Assembly (NCBI GenBank): GCA_017509565.1
Contig: JAFWPM010000115.1
Coordinates: 8,401 to 72,400, forward strand
From: Kiritimatiellia bacterium
GTDB taxonomy: Bacteria > Verrucomicrobiota > Kiritimatiellia > RFP12 > JAAYLN01
Length of the DNA: 64,000 nt
Direction of reading: 5' to 3'
The position numbers and the translations under genes were made by a program. How positions within the stretch are numbered: position 1 is the first letter of the stretch; every line of letters starts with the position of its first letter. This document shows, piece by piece, positions 28,294 through 37,325 of the stretch. The notes under the pieces are model-generated. The model saw only the letters and a list, made by a program, of their open reading frames with translations, was not told the DNA's origin and made no database searches.

Positions 28294-29124
28294 TTAGCAC
28301 GGCGAAAGCTGTTCGCCGCCATCGACGCGGAAGACCTGGCCGGAGATGTAGGCGCCGCCAGGGCCACAGAGGAAGACGGCGAGGCGCGCGATGTCGTCGG
28401 GCGTCCCGACATGTTCGAGGCGGCTCAGCCCTGGCGTCGGCTCGACGCGGTCGCCCCCGAAGCGGATGCGCGTCGAGGGCGTGTTGATGTTGCCGGGAAC
28501 GATGCAGTTCACCGGGATGCCGTCGTGGCGGAGGTTCGCCGCAAGGAGCCGCGTGTATTGGTGGACGGCCGACTTGGCGACGGAGTAGGCGGCGAAATCG
28601 CCGCCGCCGGTTTTGTTGCCACCACATCCCGCGATGGAGCCGATGGTGACGATGCGTCCGTCGCCGCGCCCGCGCATGTCCGGGACGACGGCGCGGCAGC
28701 AGAGCATGGTCGTTAGAAGGTTGTGGTCGATGACGGCGTGGACAAAGCTGGTGTCGAATGTGGCAGCGTTGCCTTTCGGCGATTCGGTCCGCAGTGCTAC
28801 ACCGACATTGCCGCCGCCTGCCGCGCAGACGAGGATGTCGATCTTGCCGAGGCTTGCGCGGATTTTCTCCGCGCAGCGCGACACTTCCTCCTCGCGCGAA
28901 AGCTCGCCACAGACGGCGATGCAGCGGACACCGTATTCGCGGGCAATCTCGGTCGCTACATCGTCAACCGAAGTCCCCTCGCCAGAAGAGCGCAGGTTCG
29001 TCTGGTTGCGGCCGGAGATGGCCATGTCGCAGCCAGCTTCGGCTAGCCGTTCGGCAATGCGCCTCCCTATGCCGCGTGACGACCCTGTGACCCACGCGAT
29101 TCTTCCTTGAAGCTCCTTGTCCAT
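28294..29124 (-). CDS. short-chain dehydrogenase/reductase (SDR)
   Basis: TGSSRGIGRRIAERL (TGxxxGxG), NAG-like CAAGGG, and a Y-x3-K region (YSVAKSAVHQYTR). Start at MDKELQGR. Confidence 0.8.
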   Translation of the reverse strand: MDKELQGRIAWVTGSSRGIGRRIAERLAEAGCDMAISGRNQTNLRSSGEGTSVDDVATEIAREYGVRCIAVCGELSREEEVSRCAEKIRASLGKIDILVCAAGGGNVGVALRTESPKGNAATFDTSFVHAVIDHNLLTTMLCCRAVVPDMRGRGDGRIVTIGSIAGCGGNKTGGGDFAAYSVAKSAVHQYTRLLAANLRHDGIPVNCIVPGNINTPSTRIRFGGDRVEPTPGLSRLEHVGTPDDIARLAVFLCGPGGAYISGQVFRVDGGEQLSPC

Positions 29125-29172
29125 GTCACGTTCTTGCTCGTTCTTGTTCGGCTCTTCCGGCGTTTGCACTCG

Positions 29173-31335
29173 CTAGTGCTTTTCAAGTTCATAAAACAGC
29201 GTCGCCGCATCCGGGTCGTAGTCCGTGCGGGCCGTGAAGACGAGCCGCCCGGTCGCAGGATCGCGTTCGACCGGAATTTCGCCAAGGCGGAGTCCGGCGG
29301 TGTTGAGGCGCCACGCCCTCCAGTCGCCGTCCGCAGTAGCAAGAGCGATTTCCGCCGCGCCGTTGCGTGCGAGGTGGGGAAGTCCGCCCCAGTCTTCGAG
29401 AATCGTCAGTTCCGGGTCGCGGTAGCGGACGCCGCTGTTCTGCACGTCGGTAAGGTGCGTGACAAGGATGCGCGAAGATTCGGGAAGGGGCTGGCCGTCG
29501 AGCGACGAGGCCCAGACCGTGGCGGGGGTGGCGGCGAGCGCGAACCGCAGCGCCCCGGCGTCATGCGCGCCGGATTCCGCAAAGCCGCCCGCCGTGCGGG
29601 GGGTGTCGATGAGGAAGGTGCCCGCGTTCTGGTCGATGCGGATCGCGCCGTGGGCTTTCTCCTTGGCGCCAAGCGCGGCCAGGTCGGCCCCGGCCTGCCT
29701 TGAAGTGGTGGAGAGCGTGGCGTGGGGAACACGGACGACGGGGGACGCCCACGAACCCCCGGCGGACACCACCGTCCCCACCTTCGCGTGCCAGCCCGTC
29801 CACAAGAGGGCGGGAAGTTCGCACTTGGGCGCGCCCGTGCGCGGGTCGCGCAGCGCAGACACGTCGAGGACAAGCGGATATTCGGCATCAAGCTCTGGAA
29901 GGTCGCGACGGAGGAAGAGGCAGAGGGCGGCGCGTTCGGAGGCGAGGCCGAGCGGGTCGGCGTTCAGGTTGAAGTAGTCCATCCGCCCGCCTGGCTCCTC
30001 CACGCCTTGGCGGTCGTGGCTCCATGCGAAGCGCCACATGCCGTCCCAGCCCTGAAGCGCGCCGAGCGCGCCCGTCACGATCCCCCCGCAGCCCCGGAAG
30101 CGACCGGGGCCGCTGAAGTTCCACTCCGTAAGGCAGAAGGGCTTGTCCATGAGCCGCCGCCACTCGACATCCCGGCCTCCGGCGCCATAGCCCGCGATCG
30201 GGTTCCTGTTCGGGCAGCTGCTCGGAAGCGACCACTGTTTTTCCAGAAACATAGGGTGATCGACGTAGAAATGGTCGTCCACGAAGTCGAAGTGCGTCCG
30301 CGACAGCTGATACTGCACCGGGTTGTACCACGACGAGAGGTTCGACACCGGGGCGCGGCAGCCGCACTTCTCGCGAACGAACGCCTTGAGGCGCTCGAAA
30401 AGCATCGTCTCGCGCTCGGCGAGGAACATCGCCACCGCACCCGCGCGCCGCCCCTCCGGTGTGTCTCCGGTCGCCTTGAGATCGTCGGGAATTTCGTGGG
30501 GGATTTCGGCGAAGGCGGCATTGCCCGCCTTCGCCGAAATCCACTCTTCCCACGCCTCCCGCACGCATGGGTGGGCGCGAAGCGCGGCGCCGCCCCAGTT
30601 GCCGAGGTTGCCCTCGTTGACGAACGAGAGCGTCGCGAGGGCCGGTTCCCCGGCGAGGCTGCGCCCCGTGCGCGGGTTCACGTGGCACAGGAAATTCTCC
30701 GTCCAGGCGCAGAGGTTCGAGAAGGCCGGTTCCCAGAACGCGCAGAGGATCTTGTAGGTGGCCGCGTTCCCGACGACGCCGTCGCGGTCGATGCCGATGG
30801 CGCGCCACGGCGTGGAATACGAGCGCGAGACGAAGAGATCGGTCGTGAGATAGACGCCCCGCTCGACGCACGCGGCGACGAGGTTGTCTAACTTCTCCCA
30901 CTGCTCCGGCGTCGGCGTGACGTCGTCCTGCCCCGGATAATGCCAGCCGTTGTCCACGATGAGGAAACGCTCGTGGTGGTGGATGCGGAGCGCGTTGTAG
31001 CCCATGCGGACGAGGTTGGCGACGAAGCGGTCAGCCGCCTCGCGCGACGAGGGGAGGTTCGCCTCGTTGCAGAGGTTGACGCCGTAGAAGCGTTGCGGGA
31101 CGCCCGGAATCCCCTCGAACTCAAAGTGGTCGCCGACGGCGATGACCCGTCCGAACTTGCCTGCCGGAGCATGGCGAGGCAGTGCCTCCGTGAAGTCAAG
31201 CGCCGAACCCGGCTCGATCCACGGGTCGAAACGGAGCGGAATCCAGTCCGCCCCGGCCTCGATGGTTATGGGTTCGGCAACGACATTGACGCAAAGGCCG
31301 CAGAGAACAGCGCAAAGGGATGCGGCAAGTTTCAT
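29173..31335 (-). CDS. secreted glycoside hydrolase, TIM-barrel (GH5/GH-A-like), family uncertain
   Basis: Signal peptide MKLAASLCAVLCGLCVNVVA. RFYGVNLCNEANLP and CLTEWNFSGP fit the GH-A-type NEx/TE pattern. Confidence 0.55.
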   Translation of the reverse strand: MKLAASLCAVLCGLCVNVVAEPITIEAGADWIPLRFDPWIEPGSALDFTEALPRHAPAGKFGRVIAVGDHFEFEGIPGVPQRFYGVNLCNEANLPSSREAADRFVANLVRMGYNALRIHHHERFLIVDNGWHYPGQDDVTPTPEQWEKLDNLVAACVERGVYLTTDLFVSRSYSTPWRAIGIDRDGVVGNAATYKILCAFWEPAFSNLCAWTENFLCHVNPRTGRSLAGEPALATLSFVNEGNLGNWGGAALRAHPCVREAWEEWISAKAGNAAFAEIPHEIPDDLKATGDTPEGRRAGAVAMFLAERETMLFERLKAFVREKCGCRAPVSNLSSWYNPVQYQLSRTHFDFVDDHFYVDHPMFLEKQWSLPSSCPNRNPIAGYGAGGRDVEWRRLMDKPFCLTEWNFSGPGRFRGCGGIVTGALGALQGWDGMWRFAWSHDRQGVEEPGGRMDYFNLNADPLGLASERAALCLFLRRDLPELDAEYPLVLDVSALRDPRTGAPKCELPALLWTGWHAKVGTVVSAGGSWASPVVRVPHATLSTTSRQAGADLAALGAKEKAHGAIRIDQNAGTFLIDTPRTAGGFAESGAHDAGALRFALAATPATVWASSLDGQPLPESSRILVTHLTDVQNSGVRYRDPELTILEDWGGLPHLARNGAAEIALATADGDWRAWRLNTAGLRLGEIPVERDPATGRLVFTARTDYDPDAATLFYELEKH

Positions 31336-32948
31336 CGCATGATGACGGTTGTCGCCTTGGGCTTCGTCAGCACTGTCGCGCCGGGTTGCTTCACGAGGCT
31401 GGCGCACGCGAACTCGACCGCGCTGGCGTCAAGCGTCGCGCCAGATGCCACCGTCACGATGCCGTAGGTCGCCGTGTCGCCGGCCAACGTGACCGTGCCC
31501 CCGGCGACCATGAGGTCGCAGGCGTTGGACAGCGCGGCCCCGGACACCGTAAGCGTGCCCGTTCCGGTCTTGACGATATTGACGTGCTCGCCGATCGCGA
31601 CGGTAAACGCAGCGTCGGCGTCGCCATAGCCGAGCGTCAGCGTCGAAACGGTGGCCGCGCTGTTCGAGACAATGCCTGCGCCGGTTGCGCCGGAGAACTC
31701 GGCATCGAATCCGTTCAGATCGAGAAAAGCCCCCTCCGCCACCGTCAGGAGTCCGCGTCCCGGCTTGAACTCGGAATCTGTCACGAGTACGTCTCCGCCG
31801 AGGATGGCGGTCGGCCCCGTGTAGTCGCAGGCGGAGTGTTGCGTAAGTCGATTGAAACGAAGGGTTCCGGCGCCACGCTTCGTAAAGCCGCCGTCGCCGG
31901 TGATGTTGATCTCGCGGTTGCCGGTGCTGCCGCCGCAGAGGGCGCGGTCGACGGCGTTCGACACGTCGATGGGATTTCCGTTGATTCCGACGACCGTCAT
32001 CTTCGGTTCAAAGATGGCGTTGCTCGTACGGCCTCGTCCGCGGACGTAGAAAAGCGGCAGCGACGCGGATTCGCCCGAAGTGTAGGGAACATACGAGCCG
32101 CCATCGAAGCAGATCCGGGAAGAGCCGGCTCCGAAATGCTGGATGCAGTTTGCGCGTAGCCATCCGTTCGACCCCAGGACAACTTCGGCAGTGTCGCTGG
32201 CATTCTCGGCTTGGAAAAGCATCGTGAACGCCCTGCCGTTGTCGAGGTTTGTCCCGCCCGCCGACACGGTGGCGTTCGTGACGCCCAGAAACATCGAAAG
32301 AGGAAAATCGAGCTGCTCGGACTGATAACCAAGGCGCAGCCCCTGAACGCCTGTCAACGAAGCTCTGTCGATCACGGAACCCGAAAACGGCGACACATTC
32401 GCGCCTAGGGCCATGTACACGCTGTCCTCCGTTGTCAACTGCCCGCCGTCATGGAGAGACAGCGTTTTGATTGCCGTGGCACCGTTGCCTACTCCCCAAC
32501 CGGCATTGTAGGCGATTCGGATTGCCGCGCCCCTGCCGATGTCCAAGCTGTCGCAGGAGATGGCTCCTCTGTTTGCGTACAGCCAGCTTGTCGCATTGAC
32601 GCCTTCGGCATTGAAGAACTTCAGCGGAACTCGCATGAAAGATGCCGGATTGGCATTGTTCTTGGCTTCAGACGGGAGATTGTTGATTGAGATGGAATAG
32701 CCGCGTCCAATCAGTTGGAATGGGTTGCTGACCGAAACGGAAGAATCGTATTTGAACATTCCCCCGAAGGTGATGCCGGCGCTGGAGGGGCCATACATCC
32801 TGTCGGCGTAGTAGCCATTCATGGACGTGAGGTCGATCGTGGTTGAATTGCCGACACTCGAGTTGAGTTCGTAGACGGACTGCGCCGATGCGGATATTGC
32901 CAGGGAGAGCGCCGCAAGCGGAGCGGCGACGAGTTTTATCGTCTTCAT
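31332..32948 (-). CDS. secreted PATR beta-helix protein with C-terminal ...KPKATTVIMR tail
   Basis: Signal peptide MKTIKLVAAPLAALSLAISASAQ. GTGTLTVSGAALSN...GGTVTLAG repeats. It ends KPKATTVIMR. Confidence 0.7.
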   Translation of the reverse strand: MKTIKLVAAPLAALSLAISASAQSVYELNSSVGNSTTIDLTSMNGYYADRMYGPSSAGITFGGMFKYDSSVSVSNPFQLIGRGYSISINNLPSEAKNNANPASFMRVPLKFFNAEGVNATSWLYANRGAISCDSLDIGRGAAIRIAYNAGWGVGNGATAIKTLSLHDGGQLTTEDSVYMALGANVSPFSGSVIDRASLTGVQGLRLGYQSEQLDFPLSMFLGVTNATVSAGGTNLDNGRAFTMLFQAENASDTAEVVLGSNGWLRANCIQHFGAGSSRICFDGGSYVPYTSGESASLPLFYVRGRGRTSNAIFEPKMTVVGINGNPIDVSNAVDRALCGGSTGNREINITGDGGFTKRGAGTLRFNRLTQHSACDYTGPTAILGGDVLVTDSEFKPGRGLLTVAEGAFLDLNGFDAEFSGATGAGIVSNSAATVSTLTLGYGDADAAFTVAIGEHVNIVKTGTGTLTVSGAALSNACDLMVAGGTVTLAGDTATYGIVTVASGATLDASAVEFACASLVKQPGATVLTKPKATTVIMR

Positions 32949-33134
32949 TGTTTTCCCTTCGGGATTGTGCTGTTTGCGTTGCGGCGGCCCGCGCGGGCCG
33001 TCCGGCGCCGGGAAGCGCTCCGGGCTATTTCAGGAGACTCCATACGGCACAACACAAGTATAGCACTCCCCCGATGGTTGATTTATACATTCCAATAATA
33101 TTTTTTTCACGGATGCCAGTTGAGTTTGCGCCAC

Positions 33135-34568
33135 TCACTCCCTGCCCAGCAGCTTCGCGGCGGGCAGGATAAAATCAAAATATCCGTCGGCCGGGACTGT
33201 CTTGGCAAGATGCCCGTCATAGACAAGTGCCGTCCGTATCGAGGTGTCGGTCATTCTGCGAAGCACCTTGACCTTTTCGGCGACCTCATCAACGATGCCG
33301 CCATCGATCACCCGCCGCCGCTTGATCTCCACGACCATCATCGAGCGCCTCGTCTGAATGAGCAAATCGATCTGGAGGCCCCGGACGGAGGAGCCGGCCT
33401 TTCGCGCGTATGGCGCGGCCGACAGGACTAGCGACGATTCAAGGCCAAGGTGCGGGAACAGGTCGGGGATATGGGACAGGATTAGGTTTTCAAACTGGAA
33501 ACCGAGCAGCGATTCCCATCCTGGCAGCTGCTCTAGTGACGAAAAGCGGAACAACCCCTCCTCTATGGCAGTCCTCCTCGGCTCGATGGCGTGAAGGTAG
33601 AACCTGGCGTAATTGTCGCTTATGCGGTAGCGTTCAAGCCGGAGCGGCTTGCCCGTCATCGGATTCAATCCGCTTTCCCTTGCGGCGAAGCCCGCCAGCC
33701 GGAGGTCTTTCAACGCCTGCGTGATTGCCCCGTTGGGGACTGTTTTCATGATGGCGGCCAGCTGGGAGGCGGATTTCGGGCCGTCGGCCAAAAGCCGCAA
33801 AACGCGGCCGCGGCTTTCCGTCCGGCGTCCAAGCACGGCGGAGAAAACGTCGTCGAACTCCCTGAAAAGAAGCGCACGGGGCAGGAAACACATTCGGCGT
33901 ATGTTCTCGTCGGCGGAAAGCTGCGGCTTGATTTCCTCGAGATACTTCGGGACGCCGCCGGTAACCGAAAACAAATCGAACAGCTCCCCGGATGACAGCC
34001 TTTCCGCATTCGGACCCAGCATCTTTACGGAATCGGCCAGTGACAGTTCCTTTATCGCCAGGTCAAGGGAATCGCGCCCGACGAACCCCGTATTGTCGAG
34101 TATGTTCTCCGCAATCCACGAGGAAACGCTGCCACACAGGACGAAAATCAGATTGGGGTGCTTCCTGAGACGCTTGTCCCACGCCTCCTTGAAATACCCG
34201 GGGAAATCGGGGCAGTGGCCGCCAAGCCAGGAAATCTCGTCAAGAAGCACAACCGTCCTTGCGTCATTGGGGATGATGCCGTCCAGCTGGGCGAAGGCCA
34301 ATGACCAATTCGAGGCCGACTGGCTATCTCTTTTCGCGTATTCGGCTATTCGTTCGCAGAAATGGCGCCGCTGGTCGGCGTCGGTCACCCCTTTTCTTGG
34401 GGGCAGGCCTTCGATGGCGATGAAAAACTCGGCCGTCCTTGCCGCGAACTCCTCGATCAGCGTGCTCTTGCCTATGCGTCGCCGTCCCCGGCATGTGACC
34501 AGGACGCCGGAATCGCGTCCCCACAAGGCTTCCAGCGCACTCAATTCATCGTCTCTTCCGACAAACAT
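33135..34568 (-). CDS. archaeal-type ATPase (Arch_ATPase/PF01637-like) with C-terminal DUF234 domain
   Basis: MFVGRDDELSALEALW...GRRRIGKSTLIEEF (Walker A) ... VLLDEISW (Walker B) ... C-terminal MMVVEIKRRR...DEV. Somewhat lower GC, and an AT-rich upstream region. Confidence 0.8.
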   Translation of the reverse strand: MFVGRDDELSALEALWGRDSGVLVTCRGRRRIGKSTLIEEFAARTAEFFIAIEGLPPRKGVTDADQRRHFCERIAEYAKRDSQSASNWSLAFAQLDGIIPNDARTVVLLDEISWLGGHCPDFPGYFKEAWDKRLRKHPNLIFVLCGSVSSWIAENILDNTGFVGRDSLDLAIKELSLADSVKMLGPNAERLSSGELFDLFSVTGGVPKYLEEIKPQLSADENIRRMCFLPRALLFREFDDVFSAVLGRRTESRGRVLRLLADGPKSASQLAAIMKTVPNGAITQALKDLRLAGFAARESGLNPMTGKPLRLERYRISDNYARFYLHAIEPRRTAIEEGLFRFSSLEQLPGWESLLGFQFENLILSHIPDLFPHLGLESSLVLSAAPYARKAGSSVRGLQIDLLIQTRRSMMVVEIKRRRVIDGGIVDEVAEKVKVLRRMTDTSIRTALVYDGHLAKTVPADGYFDFILPAAKLLGRE

Positions 34569-34637
34569 CCGTATCTCCTTATTCGCAAATAACGCCAGAG
34601 ATTATACCATGCGGGCGCATTTCTTGCAAATAAAATC

Positions 34638-34736
34638 ATATCTGCTAATTTCGATTTTTACAATTAGCAGATATGAAAAAGGCAAAATATACGCTGAAAT
34701 ATTTCTGCTAAAAAACTTTTTGCATTTAGCAGATAC
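34638..34736. promoter_or_regulatory. two palindromic operator-like sites with half-site TCTGCTAA, in the AT-rich region upstream of the DUF234 ATPase gene
   Basis: 34638-34674 is ATATCTGCTAATT-11nt-AATTAGCAGATAT (perfect 13-bp arms). 34701-34736 is ATTTCTGCTAAA-12nt-TTTAGCAGATAC. Confidence 0.4.
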
Positions 34737-34794
34737 TTTCATCGCTTGAAACCCGCAAAATGCCGCCCTGCTGTCGGCGCTTGGCCTGCCCAAT

Positions 34795-36057
34795 TCACGG
34801 ATGCCAGTTGCGCTTGCGCCACTCGCCCATGGACATCCCGGTGCGTTTTTTGAAGAGCCAGTGCAGCGCGATGTGGGAGCGGAACCCGCAGAAGTCGGCA
34901 ATGGCGCCAATGGGTGTGTCCGTGCGGGAGAGGAGCGTGAAGACCTTTTCGAGTCTGACGTGCAGGATCTCCTTCAGCGCCGAATGCCCCACGGCCTCGC
35001 GGAAGCGAAGGTCGAAGAGCGGACGCGAGCAGCGGAAGCGCTGCGCGAGTTTAGCGACCGTGAGTCCCTCGCAGGCCTCGCGTCGTATGGTCTCCATGGC
35101 TTCCAGGACGAACGGTTCACGCCGCCCGAAACCGCCTGTCGATTCCCGCCGCACGGCAAGCAAAGGCTTGACGAGAATTTCCGCGCCCCGAGTCTCGATG
35201 GAGGTTTTTTTGACAGGATTTAAAAGATTGACAGAATTTTTGTCAGCCACAGAGGACACAGAGTTCACATAGCCTTTGTGCTTCTTTGTGTTCTTTGTGG
35301 CTAAAACATCCCCAATGGCCTTTGCCGCCAGATACCCGGCCAGTTCGTGGTCGATCTGAATGCTGGAAAGCGTCGGGTGTGATGCCTCGCAGAGCACCGG
35401 GTTGCTGTCCACGCCGAGCAGCGTCAGGTCGCGCGGGATGGAGCGGTGGCAGCTCCTGGCCGCGGCGGCGGTTTCCACCGCTGCAAGATCCCCCACCGCA
35501 AAAATGGCGGTGTGGTGCGGAAGGGCGGCGAGCCACCGCGCAAGTCGCGCCTCGCGGAGCTCCTTCGCCTCGTTGCGCCATGGAAGGCGGGAAAACGGCT
35601 TGCCGGACGCGGCGGCAAGCGCGGCGAAGGCCCGCTCGCGCCGGAGCGACCAGCCCCTCCTTCCCGTCGGCCAGGCGAACGGCACTACCGCAAACGCCTC
35701 GGGCAAACCGGCGGAGAGCTCCCGGAAGGCCGCTTCGGCGATGGCCGCGTCGTCGTAGCCCACCCGTACGCCGCGCCCGCCGTAAAGGGTGGGTTCCGCA
35801 TGCATGTAGACAACCGGCACCTCGCCAAAGAGCCTCGGCGGAAGGTCGCGGCGGCCGCAGGAGCAGTCCACGACGCATCCGGCCACGGGCTTGTGCGCGG
35901 CCAGCAGATCGTGGATGGCGTCCGGACGCGACTTTTCTGGCGGCACGACAACAACGTTCCATCGCAGGCTGTCTGCGCATCGCCGCATTCCGGCAAGACT
36001 CGCCGCCTGCATGCGTCCACCCATGCTGGCATCAAGATAGAGTATTGTCGCGCTCAC
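34795..36057 (-). CDS. XylR-type regulator (PBP-I sugar-binding domain plus AraC HTH) carrying an in-frame RPE-like insertion
   Basis: PBP-like N-terminal (ILYLDASMGG...AIFAVGDLAAV...LLGVDSN). C-terminal AraC HTH (LAQRFRCSRPLFDLRFREAVGHSALK). A low-complexity insert ATKNTKKHKGYVNSVSSVADKNSVNLLNPVKKTSI is encoded by repeat E2. Probable GTG start at 36055-36057. Confidence 0.75.
   Translation of the reverse strand: MSATILYLDASMGGRMQAASLAGMRRCADSLRWNVVVVPPEKSRPDAIHDLLAAHKPVAGCVVDCSCGRRDLPPRLFGEVPVVYMHAEPTLYGGRGVRVGYDDAAIAEAAFRELSAGLPEAFAVVPFAWPTGRRGWSLRRERAFAALAAASGKPFSRLPWRNEAKELREARLARWLAALPHHTAIFAVGDLAAVETAAAARSCHRSIPRDLTLLGVDSNPVLCEASHPTLSSIQIDHELAGYLAAKAIGDVLATKNTKKHKGYVNSVSSVADKNSVNLLNPVKKTSIETRGAEILVKPLLAVRRESTGGFGRREPFVLEAMETIRREACEGLTVAKLAQRFRCSRPLFDLRFREAVGHSALKEILHVRLEKVFTLLSRTDTPIGAIADFCGFRSHIALHWLFKKRTGMSMGEWRKRNWHP
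35199..35303. repeat. palindromic RPE-like element, copy E2, in-frame inside the regulator gene (105 nt, 35 codons)
   Basis: Hairpin core GCCACAGAGGACACAGAG-TTCACATAGC-CTTTGTGCTTCTTTGTGTTCTTTGTGGC (35246-35301). It is preceded by TTTTTTTGACAGGATTTAAAAGATTGACAGAATTTTTGTCA, which shares motifs with the island-flank arrays. Confidence 0.7.
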
Positions 36058-36150
36058 TTCAAATCGGGTTCTAGTCCAAGTTGTGTGATTCCGTTTTCAT
36101 GGCGCGAAGGATAACTCGCCATGGTGATGGACAAATGCTACCATTGCGCA
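36058..36150 (-). promoter_or_regulatory. partial copy of the conserved leader/promoter element upstream of the regulator
   Basis: Minus-strand ...GCCATGCGCAATGGTAGCATTTGTCC... It shares the TTTGCGCA / GGTAGNAT / GCTAC pieces with the copies at 12018 and 19552. Confidence 0.3.
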
Positions 36151-36183
36151 TGGCAAAAGTCAAGCGATTCCCTTCAATGGCAG

Positions 36184-36213
36184 TGTCAATAGATTGTGTG
36201 TCCCTTTATGCAC
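36184..36213. repeat. 30-bp dispersed repeat, copy R2 (TGTCAATAGATTGTGTGTCCCTTTATGCAC)
   Basis: Identical to R3, in direct orientation 200 bp away. Confidence 0.7.
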
Positions 36214-36269
36214 TGCCTGACTTATTTCTCATTTGGAATCTCTGGGCGCAGGAGTTTTGGACAGGATTT

Positions 36270-36330
36270 TGACAGAATTGGCAGGATTTTTTGGAACAGC
36301 AATCCTGTGAATCCTGTCAAACCCCCACAC
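36270..36330. repeat. array of GACAGGATT / TGACAGAATT / AATCCTGTC motifs (left flank of the AT-rich island)
   Basis: GGACAGGATTTTGACAGAATTGGCAGGATTTTTTGGAACAGCAATCCTGTGAATCCTGTCAAAC, with nested inverted symmetry. It is related to 38826-38895 and to the left part of E2. Confidence 0.55.
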
Positions 36331-36383
36331 GTCTCGATAGAATGCCTGTGCCCCAACTCTCTATGCCACACGGAAGTTCTCGT

Positions 36384-36413
36384 TGTCAATAGATTGTGTG
36401 TCCCTTTATGCAC
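36384..36413. repeat. 30-bp dispersed repeat, copy R3
   Basis: TGTCAATAGATTGTGTGTCCCTTTATGCAC. Its reverse complement supplies the codons ..KGHTIY-stop of the truncated transposase ORF. Confidence 0.7.
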
Positions 36414-36562
36414 ACTTCACAGCACTCAGGGCATACCGCCGCCTTCTTCGCGTATTCGACGAAGATGTCAACACGCCTCCCCTCCACGTCGAGTTCAACT
36501 TTTGAAACCTCACATTCCTCGCCAACACCAAGCAGAACCGAATAATGCTCGTTCACATCCAT
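36386..36562 (-). mobile_element. ISL3-family transposase, N-terminal zinc-finger fragment (58 aa, truncated at repeat R3)
   Basis: MDVNEHYSVLLGVGEECEVSKVELDVEGRRVDIFVEYAKKAAVCPECCEVCIKGHTIY matches the ISL3 zf N-terminus pattern (LLGL..V..VE......I.V......CP.CG......G). The remaining ~350 aa are absent. Confidence 0.5.
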
Positions 36563-36867
36563 GACTTCATTACCTCTTCCTCTCTATCATAGCATTTCCA
36601 AGCCTCTTTTGCCGTCACCTCTGGCACTAACTTTGGCCTCCCTTCCACAAAAAAATTGGAAGAACCATGAATATAGGCATTAGTTGGCCAATTTGCTCCA
36701 GGACAATATGTTGTTGGGGTAGATGTAAGCATGGAATCTATCTGCCTGGCAATGCCATCAACATCAATTTCACCATTGAAGCACCTTATTCTAAAACCTG
36801 CGTTACCGCGCGAGAAATACAATGATGCCCCAACATGCTTTGCTGCTTCTGCAGAAATGTTTTGCAC
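36553..36867 (-). CDS. hypothetical protein (AT-rich island)
   Basis: 104-aa ORF in AT-rich DNA with no recognisable motif. Its stop overlaps the start of the transposase fragment. Confidence 0.35.
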   Translation of the reverse strand: MQNISAEAAKHVGASLYFSRGNAGFRIRCFNGEIDVDGIARQIDSMLTSTPTTYCPGANWPTNAYIHGSSNFFVEGRPKLVPEVTAKEAWKCYDREEEVMKSWM

Positions 36868-37002
36868 AAGGCAGAAATCCCCTATTCCAACGTATGCCTT
36901 ATATAATGGATAGCAGAGCGTCTATTGGCGCTGAACACATTACTAAATCTTTCAGTAGAGCATATCTTGCTTTTTCCGCATCTTTTGCGAATAAGATGCT
37001 AA

Positions 37003-37308
37003 TTACAGCGTTTTTTCAGTGCCTTTAATGTGTAAATCCTCAACAATGCAAATATCTTTGCCGTCTTCAAGAGGTGAAAAATCGGCATCAGGGAAAAGAG
37101 TCAAAAGCTTTTGGATAATATCTTCCTTTGTGAAATAATCGCACGGATCGTCAAACCTAAAGCTTGCTCTTACGCAATAGTAATCAACCCTCCGCATCAA
37201 CACTTCGTCCATATTACTAGTCCTAAAACCCACCGCTTCAGAAGAAATGCTTGTGGTGGGGCTAAACATAAGTAAAAGAATTGAGGAAATGCTTGGTATA
37301 TATTTCAT
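37003..37308 (-). CDS. hypothetical small secreted protein (AT-rich island)
   Basis: Start MKYIPSISSILLLMFSPTTSISSEA (signal-peptide-like). About 100 aa, AT-rich codons. Confidence 0.4.
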   Translation of the reverse strand: MKYIPSISSILLLMFSPTTSISSEAVGFRTSNMDEVLMRRVDYYCVRASFRFDDPCDYFTKEDIIQKLLTLFPDADFSPLEDGKDICIVEDLHIKGTEKTL

Positions 37309-37325
37309 GGATCGCTCCTCCAAAA

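Noticed and set aside
36222-36413. 63-aa ORF between repeat copies R2 and R3
   Set aside because: It begins inside one repeat and ends at the next, and is composed largely of the GACAGGATT repeat array. Most likely non-coding.
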